Source: Histomonas meleagridis 2922-C6/04-290x (Eukaryota > Protista > Parabasalia). From it: 64,000 bases of DNA. The DNA lies in assembly GCA_020184695.1 (NCBI GenBank), contig JAANOX010000251.1, positions 101,463-165,462 on the forward strand, written 5' to 3'. Shown one piece after another: positions 12,738 to 24,989 of this stretch. The notes beneath the pieces are model-generated. The model made no database searches. It saw only the letters and a list, made by a program, of their open reading frames with translations, and had not been told where the DNA came from. The position numbers were made by a program, and so were the translations under genes. Numbering within the stretch: the stretch's first letter is position 1; every line of letters starts with the position of its first letter.

Positions 12738-15267
12738 TTACTCATGAGTTTCATGTTCATTAAACAAATTGATTATATCCTTGAAATCATTTCTAGTTGC
12801 AATAGTAAGTGCCGTCCAAAATATTTTAAATAATTACCAAATCTTATTTTGAAATATTGAATTATTAAAATAAATATTAAATAAAACGAATAAATATCTT
12901 TTACATTAATATCAATTCCTTCTTGTTCAAGAAGTAATTTAACGATTTCTGTGTTATCAAATAAAGATGCTTTCATAATTGCTGTGTCAAATAATTTGAA
13001 TAATTTCCAAACATTATTTTTGAATTTTATATTATTAAGTTAAATATTAAATAAAATGAATAAATATCTGTTTCGTTAATGTCAATTCCTTCTTGATCAA
13101 GAAGTAATTTGACGATTTTTATATGACCTTTACAAGATGCATTCATAAGTGCTGTGTCAAATAATTTGAATAATTTCCAAATATTACTTATAAACTTCAA
13201 ATTATTAATATAAATATTAGTTTTGGCATTAACATCAATTCCTTCTTGTTCAAGAAGTAATTTAACTATCTCTATATAGCCATCGTAAGATGCATAAATA
13301 AGTGCTGTCCTAAATAATTTAAATAATTTCCAAACATAATAATAAAACAAAAAATAAATAAAATAAATTCCAAATAAAACAAACAAAAATTTTTTGCATT
13401 AACATCAATTCCTTTATGTTTAACAAGTAATTTAACTACTTCTAATTTGCCTACATAAGATGCCTTTATAAGTGCTGTATTAAATAATTTAAATAATTTC
13501 CAAATATTATTTTGAAATATCAAATTATTAAAATAAACATTAAATAAAACAAATAAATATCTTGAGCATTAACATCAATATCTTCTTGTTCAAGAAGTAA
13601 TTTAACAATTTCTATGAAACCTTTTAAAGATGCAATAATAAGTGCTGTTTTAAATAATTTAAATAATTTCCAAATATTATTTTGAAATATCAAATAAAAC
13701 AAATAAATATCTTTAGCATTAATATCAATTCCTTTTTTTTCAAGAAGTAATTTAACTATTTTTGTATGACCAAGTGATGTTGCTTTCAAAAGTTCTTTTT
13801 CATATATTGTAAGCAATTTCTAAATATCATTTTGAAATCCAAAATTATCAAAATAAATATACAATTGATAAAATATATTTTTTTAGTGTTGTTATCAATG
13901 TCTTTATGTTCAAGAAGTAAATTGAATATTTTTAGATAATTAACATCATACATATTTAGATACATAAATACGGGTTTAAATAATTATAATAATTTCCAAA
14001 TATTATGTTGAAATATCAAATTATTAAAATAAACATTAAATTATTCAAATGAATATCTTTAGCATTAATATCAATTCCTTCTTGTTCAAGAAGTAATTTA
14101 ACGATTTCTGTATGACCACGATAACATGCTTTCATTAGTGCTGTATTAAATAATTTATATAATTTCCAAATAATGTTTTGAAATAGAAAATTATCATAAT
14201 AAATATTAAATAAAGCAAATAAAAATTTTTAGCATTAATATCAATTCCTTCTTGTTCAAGAAGTAATTTAACTATTTCAATGTTACAAAATTGACATGAA
14301 TACATAAGTGCAGTATAAAATATTTAAAACAATTTCCAAATATTCTTTTAAAATTTGGAATTATTAAAATAAATTTTATCTTTAGCATTAATATCAATTC
14401 CTTTTTGCTCAATTAGTAATTTAATTGTTTCATTTTTTTGATGATAACAAGCGCTTAAAAGTGCGGCTTGAAATATTTAAAATAATTTCCAAATATTTTT
14501 TTGAAATATCATATTATAATACTAAATTTTATCTTTAGCATTAATATTAATTCCTTCTTGATCAAGAAGTAACTTAACTATTTCTGTACTACCATTTCCA
14601 GATGCTCTTATAAGTGATGTTTTAAATATTTTAAATAATTTCCAAATATTCTTTTGAAATATCAAATTATAAAACTAAATTTTATCTTTCGCATTAAAAT
14701 CAATTCCTTTTTGTTCAAGAAGTAATTTAACTGTGTTTATCTTGTTATTTTCTACTGCAGTGATAAGTGGTGTAATAAATAAATAATATAATTTCCATAT
14801 ATTATTTTTTGATATCAAATTATTAAAACAAATATTAAATAAAAACAAATAAAAATTTGCAGCATTAATTTCAATTCCATTTTTTTCAAGGAGTAATTTA
14901 ACTATTTTAAAGAATCCTCTTGAAGATGCTAATAAAAATGCTGAATTAAATATCATAAAAAACTTCCATCAAATTGTGAAAACAAATATTAAATAAAACA
15001 AATATTTATCTTTAGCATTAATATTAATCCCTCTTTGATTAAGAAGTATTTTAACTATTTCTATATGACCTCTTGAAGCTGCAAATATGAGTGGTGTTTC
15101 AAATCATTTAAATAATTTCCAAATGTTATTTTGAAATCCAAAATTCTCAAAATTAATTTTAATTAAAACATAAAAACATATTTACAATTAACATTAATAC
15201 CTCTTACTTTAATTAGGTATTGTATCAAGCCTACATATCCTTTTTGCGATGCACTTAAAAAAAGACT
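12738..15267 (-). repeat. Interrupted ankyrin array: 15 modules plus a terminal capping repeat, separated by 60-81 nt AT-rich spacers
   Basis: Modules such as TPLIFAASRGHIEIVKILLNQRGININAKD (15097-15008) and TALMKACYRGHTEIVKLLLEQEGIDINAKD (14144-14055); last module TALTIATRNDFKDIINLFNEHETHE ends in TAA at 12740-38. Confidence 0.9.
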
Positions 15268-15318
15268 TTCAAATTAATTAAATATATTTTAAATTAATGA
15301 AAAAAATATAAAACAAAG

Positions 15319-16466
15319 TTAATAAATACTCTTTTGACTTAAATCAATATATTTATTATTCACAAGGAAGCTAAAAAGTTCATCATTCCATGAAATAATT
15401 GTGATCTTTGGGAAATTTATTGATATTGGATTTATTCCAAGTAAATATTGTGCAAGAAATATGTTACCTGTATTAATTGACTCTATGATAAGAGACTCAT
15501 CAATCTTCATTCCATTATCCATTAAAAAAGAAACTTTTCAAAAAAATATTTCAAGATTTCATTTCGATGGAATTCAATTATTATTTCATAATCATTTTTA
15601 AACAATACATGATTTTGTTCACATAAATGAATTATCTCTAAATTTCCTCCTGCGATTGCATATTTACCTGTATCTGTTAATTTAGAATTATTTAATAATA
15701 AAAATTTAAAACATTTTACTGATCCAAAAAATGCTGAATAATTAATCAATGAAACATTTTCTTGATTAATAAATGAATATCTTTCATAAAGCGATGGTTT
15801 AATAGTTTGGTTAAAATCAAAATCATTTTCTGATGATATTTCTTGAAGCTTTTCAATTTCATCATATCGAATTATCTTTGCAATCTCATTTGGATTAATT
15901 CCTTCTTCAACTAATTTCTTATGAAGTTCCCAATCGTTTTGTTGAAGTTTTGTAATGTTTTGAATAAAGGATTTATGAAATGGATCACGTTCGAATTTGT
16001 TAATTTTTTCAGGTGAAACAAAATGCGCAAAATATAATGATGTTTTCTTTTTGTAACACTTAGGATTAAGTATTTGTTTTTCAATCATCTTTTCAATAAG
16101 ATAATTTGATTCTTGACTTTGAATAGAAAAGAGATATTGTGCAAACACATCAAAAACTTTGTAATTTGTTTTGGTGCCAATTTCCGCTTCAAATTTTTGT
16201 AAATATTCGAAACATATTTTTAAAGAACCTTGTGAAAGAAAATATGAATATACAATTTTACAAGTAATGAAAATAAATGAGTAATGGAATTCATCAGTAA
16301 TGTATTTTAATGAAAATTGAACTGATTCATCAATGTTTTGAGGATTTAAATTAAAAATAATATTCTCAAGGTCTTGCAAAATTCGAAGATTTTCATCGTA
16401 TTTATCTGATATTTGAATTTTTTCGTTTCCTATAAGATTAAAGATGAATTCTTTTATTTTTTCCAT
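15319..16466 (-). CDS. DUF3447-type ankyrin-associated N-terminal region (frameshift/deletion near 15530), upstream of the ankyrin array
   Basis: WELHKKLVEEGINPNEIAKIIRYDEIEKLQEIS...SLINYSAFFGSVKCFKFLLLNN...KYAIAGGNLEIIHLCEQ. Confidence 0.8.
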
Positions 16467-17067
16467 TACAATGTTATGGGTAAAACAATGGAATAAAATG
16501 AATGCAAAACAATCGTCATATCCCCAGAAAATTTAAATTAAAGTTTGGTCAAACAAACAGTGTCATCGAATAATGTAAATTATTTAAAAAGTGATCGATT
16601 CAAATATTTTCAGAATCCGGCTTTTTGGATTAATTTTAATCGTTGAAATATTTTGAAGGCAACTTAATTTCATTGTTTCGAGGAAAAAGAAGAATATAAA
16701 ATCAATGGTATTTAAAAACGTTAAAATGAAAAAAAATGTATCGCTTCTCTATTCCGATAGGAGAATTTGAGAAAAATTTTATCAGAAACCCCAATAAATG
16801 CGACGTCTTGAACGTACTTTCCAGTCATTGGTCTTTTACAGTAACTGTAAGTGATTTTTTGTAACCTCATGAAAAGTGCGATTTTTTATCCGGCGGTTAC
16901 TCCCGCAAAAAGTCAAAAAGTGATGTTATGTAAACCTCTATCGGCATGACCAAAATTAGGCTCAGAATTTTGTGTACTATAAAATTTTCACTCTGTCAAA
17001 AAAACGGCTGAAATCAGAAATTGACCACTCTGGAGTGAGGTGGTATTTCAAAGGGGTTTTTTGGTAA

Positions 17068-19016
17068 ATGTTTCTGTTCCTTTTTGTTGCACATCTTTTT
17101 GCTTTGGATCCAACACTTGAGCCTGACTTCAGCAACTCATTTCACTTCCTGAAGACAGGTATTCGCGGCGGAATTGCCGGAGAAGATAGAAATATTGTTC
17201 CTGCTTGGAATAAGAATTTTACTGGCAAAGGGATTCACATCACGCTACTTGATGCTGGTTGCCAATACAATCACTCTGATTTAATTGACAATTTTGTTCT
17301 AGAAAAAAGCTGGAATGCACTTACAAATGAAACTGATCCTTTCTTCAAATGCAAAGAGCCAACACACGGCACAGCCACAGCAGGTCTTGCAGTTGGTGCA
17401 GCTAATGGTGTTGCTAGCATTGGTTCAGCACCAGGTGCTAATTTTCATCTCTTACTATAGACATTGATTGGGAAACATATGGCAACATTGATCTTCCCGT
17501 TCTTCTTGATATCTATCATCATACTTATTATGATATTCTTTCGTGTTCGCTCGGTCTTGAAGGACTTTTGCGCGATGGTGTAATTTATTATCATCAATAT
17601 CGTAGCACAAATTAATGATCCAAACAATGAACTTTGGCAACGTAATGCCGCTGGTTATTTATATCATCCAATATTAGGTTTTGGACGTGTCGATGCTGAT
17701 TTAGCATTAACAACAGCTCAAAATTGGGTCAATGTATTAGAAGAAGTAGAAATTACATCTCTTAGTTCAATTCAAACTCGAGTTAATCATGCATGTGAAA
17801 ATTGGACTGAATTTGATATTACCGTGAATGATTCGATCGAATTCATTGAACACATTTATTTGGAATTTGATCTCAACACTTCAGAAGTTCAATTTGTATT
17901 CATTTGATTTCTCCTCAAGGAACAGAAAGAACTATCCTTGAACCATGTCCAGTACTTGGTGATCATCATCCTGATGATTTAACATTCCAATTTGGAATTC
18001 GAAGTTTCTTTGGTGAATCGACTAAAGGTACATGGAAAATCAAAATTAGATATGAAGCATATATCACAAATGTTCAAATCTCTCATGTTTCATTAATTTT
18101 CCATGGGTTAAAAGAAAAGCCTAATTTACCAAGTATAACTGGAAGACAAACAGCTAAAAATGTAGCAATACCTGATAATGGAAAACCAACAAATGAAAAT
18201 GAATCAATTACAGTAACAAATGCTGTTTGCGGTGAGAAAATGAAAATTGAAGTCAAGACTGAGAGAAAAGCTGCTTTACCTGTTTTAATTGTTGATCCTT
18301 CAACTGGTTTAACAACTGATTTTACTTATATACATGATAATAAAGTCATTGAAGTAGATACGCCATGTGTATATAAGGATGGCATCGAACTTTATGTTTC
18401 TGCACGGACTATTGGTGAAGAAACAGTAATTTCTACTCCTGTTGTGTTTAGTAATCGGAAAGAAACTTTAGGAATTAATTCTCCTCAAAAATATGAGAAA
18501 ATTAGATTCAATAATAGCGGAAATCCAATATTAAAGTTAATGTGGGTAAGAAAAGATGAAAAGCCTAAAAATGGTGGTTGTCAACAAATGGCTGCAATCT
18601 CTGTAGTTGATTTCGATACTGGTAATGTGATTGCTTCAAAAAGAGTCGTCGATTTAGGGAATACAGAAATCGAATTACAAAAGGAATCACATCCAAGATG
18701 CGTTGTTTCAATTGCTCCTGTAAAAGAATCTAATGTGGATCCTTGCGCAGTTTTGGTCCAGAAGTTTAGTTTGTTGAATGAAAATGATGATGATAACGTA
18801 GGTAATTTCGATTTATGGTATCCAAATGATACAAAATGTTTCAACAATAACGACCAAACTGATGATAATAAAAATAATAAGACTGGTCTAATAGTAGGTG
18901 TAACAATCACATGCGTCGTCGTAGTTGCTCTCATCGCCGTTGGTGTGGTGTGTTATTTGAAGAAACGCAAGGAGAAACTTACAGGTTCGACTTTAAAAGA
19001 GGACTTTCACATATAA
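17068..19016 (+). pseudogene. Kexin/furin-like S8 protease with P-domain and C-terminal TM; internal deletion and frameshifts
   Basis: Signal peptide, ITLLDAG (Asp), HGTATAG (His), WQRNAAGYLYHPILGFGRVDAD (end of S8), P-domain and TM LIVGVTITCVVVVALIAVGVVCYL. No GTS Ser motif found. Confidence 0.75.
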
Positions 19017-19202
19017 CTGTTGATGGTTCAAATACACTCTGGTATGTATATGACACACAAAAAATGGAGTAAATAACAGAAAAAAGCTTTTGAAGCAAAA
19101 CAAGTATTTCACTAAAAAGTACATGTCACCACATCTTCTTGATTTTAAAATATTTCACATTGCATACTATTTAGATAGAACTATTTTGATTTTATGCTGA
19201 AG

Positions 19203-19285
19203 ACAGCCGATAGAGAATTCAAAGCAGTAAACCATATAATTATTATGTAAATCAACTATCGTCAATAGAATTTTCTATCGGCTGT
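19203..19285. repeat. 18-bp inverted repeat (17/18) around a 47-nt loop
   Basis: ACAGCCGATAGAGAATTC (19203-20) versus GAATTTTCTATCGGCTGT (19268-85). Confidence 0.75.
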
Positions 19286-19428
19286 TCACAGATTTATTAT
19301 AATATTGTTTTTATTTCACTATGGAAAAATTCTTTATTAAATAAAAGATATAGCCCGGAGTGTTATTACTAATTAAAATATCCATTCGCTATCATTTAAA
19401 TATATATAATAATAATATATAAACAGAT

Positions 19429-20445
19429 TTACTTCCGCCAATTTTTGAACAATTTCGGACAGCATGCATAACAAGGACAAAAGTTCCCATAGTTGAAAGT
19501 TCCTCTCACGAGTTCTGCCTGCGTCAAATCTTCCACATCTTCCAATATTTCCAATGCGTTCCATTTAGTTTCATAAATGCTTTTCTGGTTTCCGACATCA
19601 GTTCCAACATCTTCCATCCAACGGAAGTGCGCTACAAATAGATAACGCATGAAACTATGATATTCTTCAACATGAAAAACAATGTTATCCCAAATCAAAA
19701 GAAGATTTTCAGGACAATGAACTTCAGTAAAGAAACTCGTCTCCCATTCAATGGCAATGTTTATTAGGTCAACACCTTTGCGAAGTGCTTCTTTTTCGAT
19801 GTTAGGTGAATAATTATGAATCATTTGCTTGAGCTTATTATAATGATCATCAGTAAGCGAAAGATGATCAGCTTGCTCAGAAAAGCGGATGATGGAAATG
19901 ATTGAACTAAAAAGATGGTAGCCAAGTGATTCGGCAAAAAAGTTGGATAATCCCGAATCAATGGAAAATGAAAGTGAAAGTAAATATGTAATATAGCAAA
20001 TGGGAATATGTAAAACAGAAAACTTGTAGCCACTGTTCTCTTTCATATAAACAGAATATATTCTACGAACTCGTAATAAAGAATCTTGAATATAATAAGA
20101 GTCAATATTAAGAACACAGGCAAATGATTGAAACCAAAGAAGCTTGCTTTCTGTAGCTTGAATTATTTGAGATGATATATTAGGATTATTCCAACAATCT
20201 TCAAAATATCTTTTAGAGGCTTTTTCATAGAATTCTCCAAACTCTAAGAGAGTTGGGATCCATTTTTTTCTCTGGGGAGACATTTTTTTGAGCCCAATTA
20301 AGTAACAAATAAATCGAATATGATTTGGCTTATTGAGTTCTACCTTATTTAAAAATCGAAGAACATCAACCATATTGAATATTTCGCCGCTACTTCGACA
20401 CAGTGCATCAGATATTTCTTGTTCTGTTGGAAACTTTTCGCACAT
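19429..20445 (-). CDS. Divergent TBC/Rab-GAP-like protein
   Basis: Intact 338-aa ORF with TBC-like elements (IRFICYLIGL, LLRVRRIY, LLLIWD); canonical catalytic fingers not evident. Confidence 0.55.
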   Translation of the reverse strand: MCEKFPTEQEISDALCRSSGEIFNMVDVLRFLNKVELNKPNHIRFICYLIGLKKMSPQRKKWIPTLLEFGEFYEKASKRYFEDCWNNPNISSQIIQATESKLLWFQSFACVLNIDSYYIQDSLLRVRRIYSVYMKENSGYKFSVLHIPICYITYLLSLSFSIDSGLSNFFAESLGYHLFSSIISIIRFSEQADHLSLTDDHYNKLKQMIHNYSPNIEKEALRKGVDLINIAIEWETSFFTEVHCPENLLLIWDNIVFHVEEYHSFMRYLFVAHFRWMEDVGTDVGNQKSIYETKWNALEILEDVEDLTQAELVRGTFNYGNFCPCYACCPKLFKNWRK

Positions 20446-20747
20446 TTTGTAGTGGTTCTTACGTAAGAAATACGATCAATTTTTTGCAAAAATCAAATAA
20501 AAAAGTTCATTTTCTAGTCACATTTAAAGATATTTACTATTAGTACGCACACCACAACATATTAAGCAAGTAATAAATGTATTATAACCAGATTTTACTA
20601 ATCTGTTGTTTAAATTTATAAATTGCTTCAATCTAATTTTTCTTAAAAAATGCCTTTATTCACTTTACTTTTAATCAAGCTTTAGAAATTCTCTAATATA
20701 AGTTTGCATGGAATCATTATTAATATGATTATTAAAAAAAACTTTAT

Positions 20748-21533
20748 TTAATCAAAACCATTTTCCATCTTCTTTGGATAAACAAACCGTGAACGCCATT
20801 TGAATTTGCCACCTCTTATGGCCTGGAACTGCGACGTTGGATTCTCAAACTCAATGAGAATTTTGCCTTTTGTTTTGGCCACTCTTGTGATTTTTCCGTA
20901 TTTTTCGAACTCAGGGATAATGTCTGTTTGTTCTTCCTCATATGGAAGATTAGAAACCAGAACAGTTCTCGATTTGATGAGTTGAGTTGGATTGTCGATA
21001 ATCTGTGGTGAGTGTTTCTCTGGTTCTTTTTTATCTTTCTGTTCATCAGGTTTTTTCTCAGGAGCTTTTGGCTTTTCTTCTGTTTCTTTTTTAATTTCTT
21101 CTGGTGGGGGTTTAGGAAGGGGATCCATTGGTGTTACATTAATAGAATGGTAAACTATTGTGTAAGGTTTTGTATTAGGATAGTAAATTATCATTTCGTT
21201 TATTTGATAATATTCTTCATCATTAACTTTTACATAACCAGAACAATGAGCAGAAATCGTGTCCCCAACTTTTTGTCCATCTGATCTAAATATTTTGTGT
21301 TCACCAGATATTAGAAGATTTTGGTAATTTTCTTTTGTAGTTTTTTGTTGTTCTGGAGTAGAAACCACAAGCTTTGCACCTTGGACATAATATTGGTTTA
21401 TTGCAGAAGCATCAGTTGCAAAAGTTGTGTAAAATTGGTTCATGAAGCGGAGAGTAGCTTCATCATAGTTCATGTGGATTGAATGGATTATTATCGTACA
21501 ATTGGGAATGGGTCCGACCAGATATAAATCCAT
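20748..21533 (-). CDS. NTF2-like plus RRM protein (G3BP-like architecture)
   Basis: FMNQFYTTFATDASAINQYY (NTF2-like), Pro/Lys/Glu linker, RRM (VLVSNLPY...FEKYGKI...KILIEF). Likely start at MNYDEA. Confidence 0.75.
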   Translation of the reverse strand: MDLYLVGPIPNCTIIIHSIHMNYDEATLRFMNQFYTTFATDASAINQYYVQGAKLVVSTPEQQKTTKENYQNLLISGEHKIFRSDGQKVGDTISAHCSGYVKVNDEEYYQINEMIIYYPNTKPYTIVYHSINVTPMDPLPKPPPEEIKKETEEKPKAPEKKPDEQKDKKEPEKHSPQIIDNPTQLIKSRTVLVSNLPYEEEQTDIIPEFEKYGKITRVAKTKGKILIEFENPTSQFQAIRGGKFKWRSRFVYPKKMENGFD

Positions 21534-21929
21534 TTTTCGAACAAAGATATCTTAAAATCAAAAAATAATTTATAAACATTATAAATAGCATAATGCGTAA
21601 TATCATTTTGATTTCACAAATATTAATTATTCTTGTTAAAATTTAAAACATATTGAATAAAGTTTGAGTTATATTCAAAAGATAATACTCCAATAGATAA
21701 TATTATTTGGAGTATGTTCGTAGTATTTTAACAATTTTCTTCCAAATATGTTAAAATTTCATAATTACCCTCATTAATACATACTAAAGCATTGATTTTT
21801 TCATCAGCATTTGATATACATCCATTTTCATAAATATATTTAAAGATATCGTTTCGATGGAATTTAATTGTTGTATCACGTTTTGATGTTGGGAATATTA
21901 TTAAAAAAATATCTGATTGTCATCCAAAA

Positions 21930-22305
21930 GAACATTCATATGAGTGTGGTTTTACTTTTTATTCAGCTTAATGATCAGTTCGATAATTGTTCGAAAATGG
22001 ATCGAAAAGTTATCTGTTGTTTTTTTAGACGTTGATATTAACGGTCAACAATTTGAATTAACGGTCTTGACGTTTGTCTTTCTGAAGAAGAATATTAATG
22101 TGATATGGATGAAATCAATGACTTTGCTAAGAAAATCGGAGCCAAATTTTATATCGAAACATCAGCAAAGACAGGTGAGAACATTGTCGAGATGTTCCGT
22201 TAAGTTGTTGAACTTGATGGATTAAGTTATGAACCCGAAACGACTGAATTTGTCGAAGCAAATGATGAGCAAAATGACCAAGGTGAGAAAAAGCAACGCT
22301 GCTGA
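21930..22305 (+). pseudogene. Rab/Ras-family small GTPase remnant
   Basis: DMDEINDFAKKIGAKFYIETSAKTGENIVEMFR*VVE...KKQRC*; G5 motif present, N-terminal part decayed. Confidence 0.7.
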
Positions 22306-22787
22306 GTAAAAGAAAAAAGTAAACATTATAAACTGAGCAAATTCTATTGTAATTTGTTCAGAATTTTCTCATTTATTAATACAAATTCCTTGTTAGAAAT
22401 AGATCTATACATCAAATATCACATCGATCAAATCACAAATTCTAACAAATTTTCTGTGATGACCTGTTTTTTTATCAGCCTGAGCGTTGCTTTTTGTATC
22501 AATTCTAGGTGATTCTGGATCATATGAATGCTGAACCAGATTCCATTAATTGTAAACGGTATTTATTGAACTATATGGAGAAGTATAGATTATCATATTA
22601 CCAGATGATTGTTATGAAGAAATCTTTTGGAAATCGCGTTGGAACTATTCTTTCCATGAAAAAAATAAGTTGAGCTCAAGACACTTTATAACTGTATCGG
22701 TTCCAATGCCTATCGTATGACATTTTTTTTTGTACTGACAATTGTATTTTCTCACAAATATTATGAACAGGGTTGTACATTATTTAA

Positions 22788-23984
22788 TTGATGGAACTTT
22801 CGAAATCATTAGAATCAATTGTCTTTAATCTTAACGAAAAAAATTTCGATCAATCGGTTCAAGCAACAATTAATTTATTTGTGGATAGGCTGCCATATAC
22901 ATTTAACTATCTTGTTTCTAGACTTATCTATTCAGCTTTTGTTTCTCAATCAAATAATGAAAATATATATATTAAATATTTATTAACTTTAAAAGAAAAA
23001 GAAGATGAAAAAGATAAAAACATAGGTGAACCTGAAGCCAATCTTGTTAAAATCTTTTATGAATATTTACTGAGAATAGAAAAGCAAGAATCATATTTCC
23101 TTCTTGAAAAGATGATAGAAGAAAAAATAATTGAACCATCTTCAGTAAAGAACATGAACACATTTTATTTTTCTCAATAAATGAACACATAATGAATTTG
23201 ACTTTAATCAAATAATTGAGCCATCACTTTATGAAAGATGTTCATTTGTTAATACTGAAAATGTTTCATTAATTGATTATGCAGCATTTTTTTGTTCGAT
23301 TAAATGTTTTAAATATTTGTTATTAAATAATTCGGATATCATAAATACATCTAAATATGCAATTGCAGGTGGAAACTTAGAAATTATTCATTTATGTGAA
23401 CAAAATAATTCATCATTTGAAAACGCATATGAAACAGCAATAGAATTTCATCAAAATGTAATTTTTCATTATCTTTATGAAAATAAAATTGGAAAATTTT
23501 CATCTTCAAACTCTTCTTTTACAAAATCGAATTCTGATTTCGAAAATCAAGATAATTATAATTTAAATGAAGAAAATTTAATATGTCTTGGGAAAAAATG
23601 TATAAAATTTAATAATTATGAAATCTTCATGTTTTTAGAAAAAGAAGGAATGAAAATACATAATGAAATTATAGAAGAAATAGCATCAAAAGGAAATACA
23701 TTTATAATAGAAAGTGATGTAGAAAGTCAACAAATTCCAAAAACAATTTTATTATATTCAGTTAAATCAGGAAATATAGAAATAGTAAAATTACTTTTAG
23801 ATAAAGGAATTGATGTTAATGCAAAAACTATTCATTTGAATAATTTAGAATATGTTTTAATAATTTGGAATATGTTTTAATAATTTTGGATATGTTTTAA
23901 TAATTTGAAACAGCACTTGAATTTGCTAACCGGTGGGTTTTCAGAGAAATAAAACAATTCCTTAGTGAAAAAGGTGCCATTTAA
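22788..23984 (+). pseudogene. DUF3447-type gene with internal deletion, one ankyrin repeat, one 80-nt spacer and a capping repeat
   Basis: ORFs 22788-23180 and 23317-23880; ...GIDVNAKT, spacer 23830-23909, then TALEFANRWVFREIKQFLSEKGAI* (23910-23984). Confidence 0.7.
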
Positions 23985-24586
23985 TTTAGACTTTGGAAAG
24001 TGTTCTACTAATTTTTTGATAAGTTGCAGAATTGTATCACTTAACAGAACTGGTGACTAGTGGTTTATCTTTTTTAGATTTTAGCAAAATTAAAATATCT
24101 CTTAATTGAGAGATGAAGCTCCAAAATAGGCGTATATTTAAATGATTTTTATATGAAAAATCTATATTTTCCCTGTATCCAGTGAGTTAAGAATCAATAA
24201 TTATTCTGAGAAGACAATTTTTTAAACATGCAATGTACCTTCCAATAGTAATAATATACAAGTATCCCCGAAGTACAATAGTACTTGAATTAATTTTTAA
24301 ATATTTCAAAATGATCCAAAATAAAAAATAATAAATAATTTCCATATGAAATTTTATATAAAAGCTATTCACAAAAAATTTTGGATAATCATGATATTAT
24401 AATTTCAAAAATAGTTTATACAACTTATTTTATAATTCTTCAATTTTAAATTTCTAAATTAAATGATTTTTGAATAATACGAATTTACAAAATATAACAA
24501 AATGCAAAATATTATTCAGAATAACATAAAAATTAAAATAGATATAAGAGCAAAACTCATTATTTATAAAAGTTAATTTAATTTTC

Positions 24587-24615
24587 GCCTTCGGCATACA
24601 AAAACTTTTTGTATG
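24587..24615. other. Tandem hairpins GCC-TTC-GGC and CATACAAAAA-C-TTTTTGTATG
   Basis: Read directly from the sequence; a structured island in very AT-rich intergenic DNA. Confidence 0.5.
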
Positions 24616-24989
24616 TTTAAAAACTTTTTACAAAATTATTGAGAAAATAATTTGATCTAATTTTAATATTAATCAATGATATTATTTACATGTCTTTTTT
24701 TTTATTGACTTCGAGAAAACGATAATTAAGAAAATATTATATTTAATTTAAAAAACATTAATATTTCAATTACAGATTACGCACAAAATCAAAAATAATG
24801 AAAACAAAATCATAGAAATGATTGAAGTTAATATCTAAAAAATAACTTAGATCAATATCCTATAAGAAAGAAGAAAAGGCTCTAATTTATAAATAATCAA
24901 TTTTACTAATTTTTTTTTCTCTCTTTAAATTCTGAATATAATATTTCGATATAAAATTATATAGTTATTTTCATACCGTAACTAATACA

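Noticed and set aside
12738-15267. All 80-nt spacers are 81-nt coding linkers missing one base through homopolymer error
   Set aside because: Exactly 80 recurs 15 times at four loci on both strands, including one with a different sequence, and in-frame spacers also contain stops. Not fully excluded without raw reads.
12738-15267. CRISPR array (regular repeat-spacer look)
   Set aside because: Units are 90-nt protein-coding ankyrin modules, the spacers are homologous to each other, there are no cas genes, and the context is eukaryotic.
18581-18934. Short antisense or overlapping ORFs in the track (also 6907, 10091, 21012, 28036, 45244, 50681, 59657, 60167)
   Set aside because: They are shadows of longer genes with recognisable motifs and have no independent evidence.
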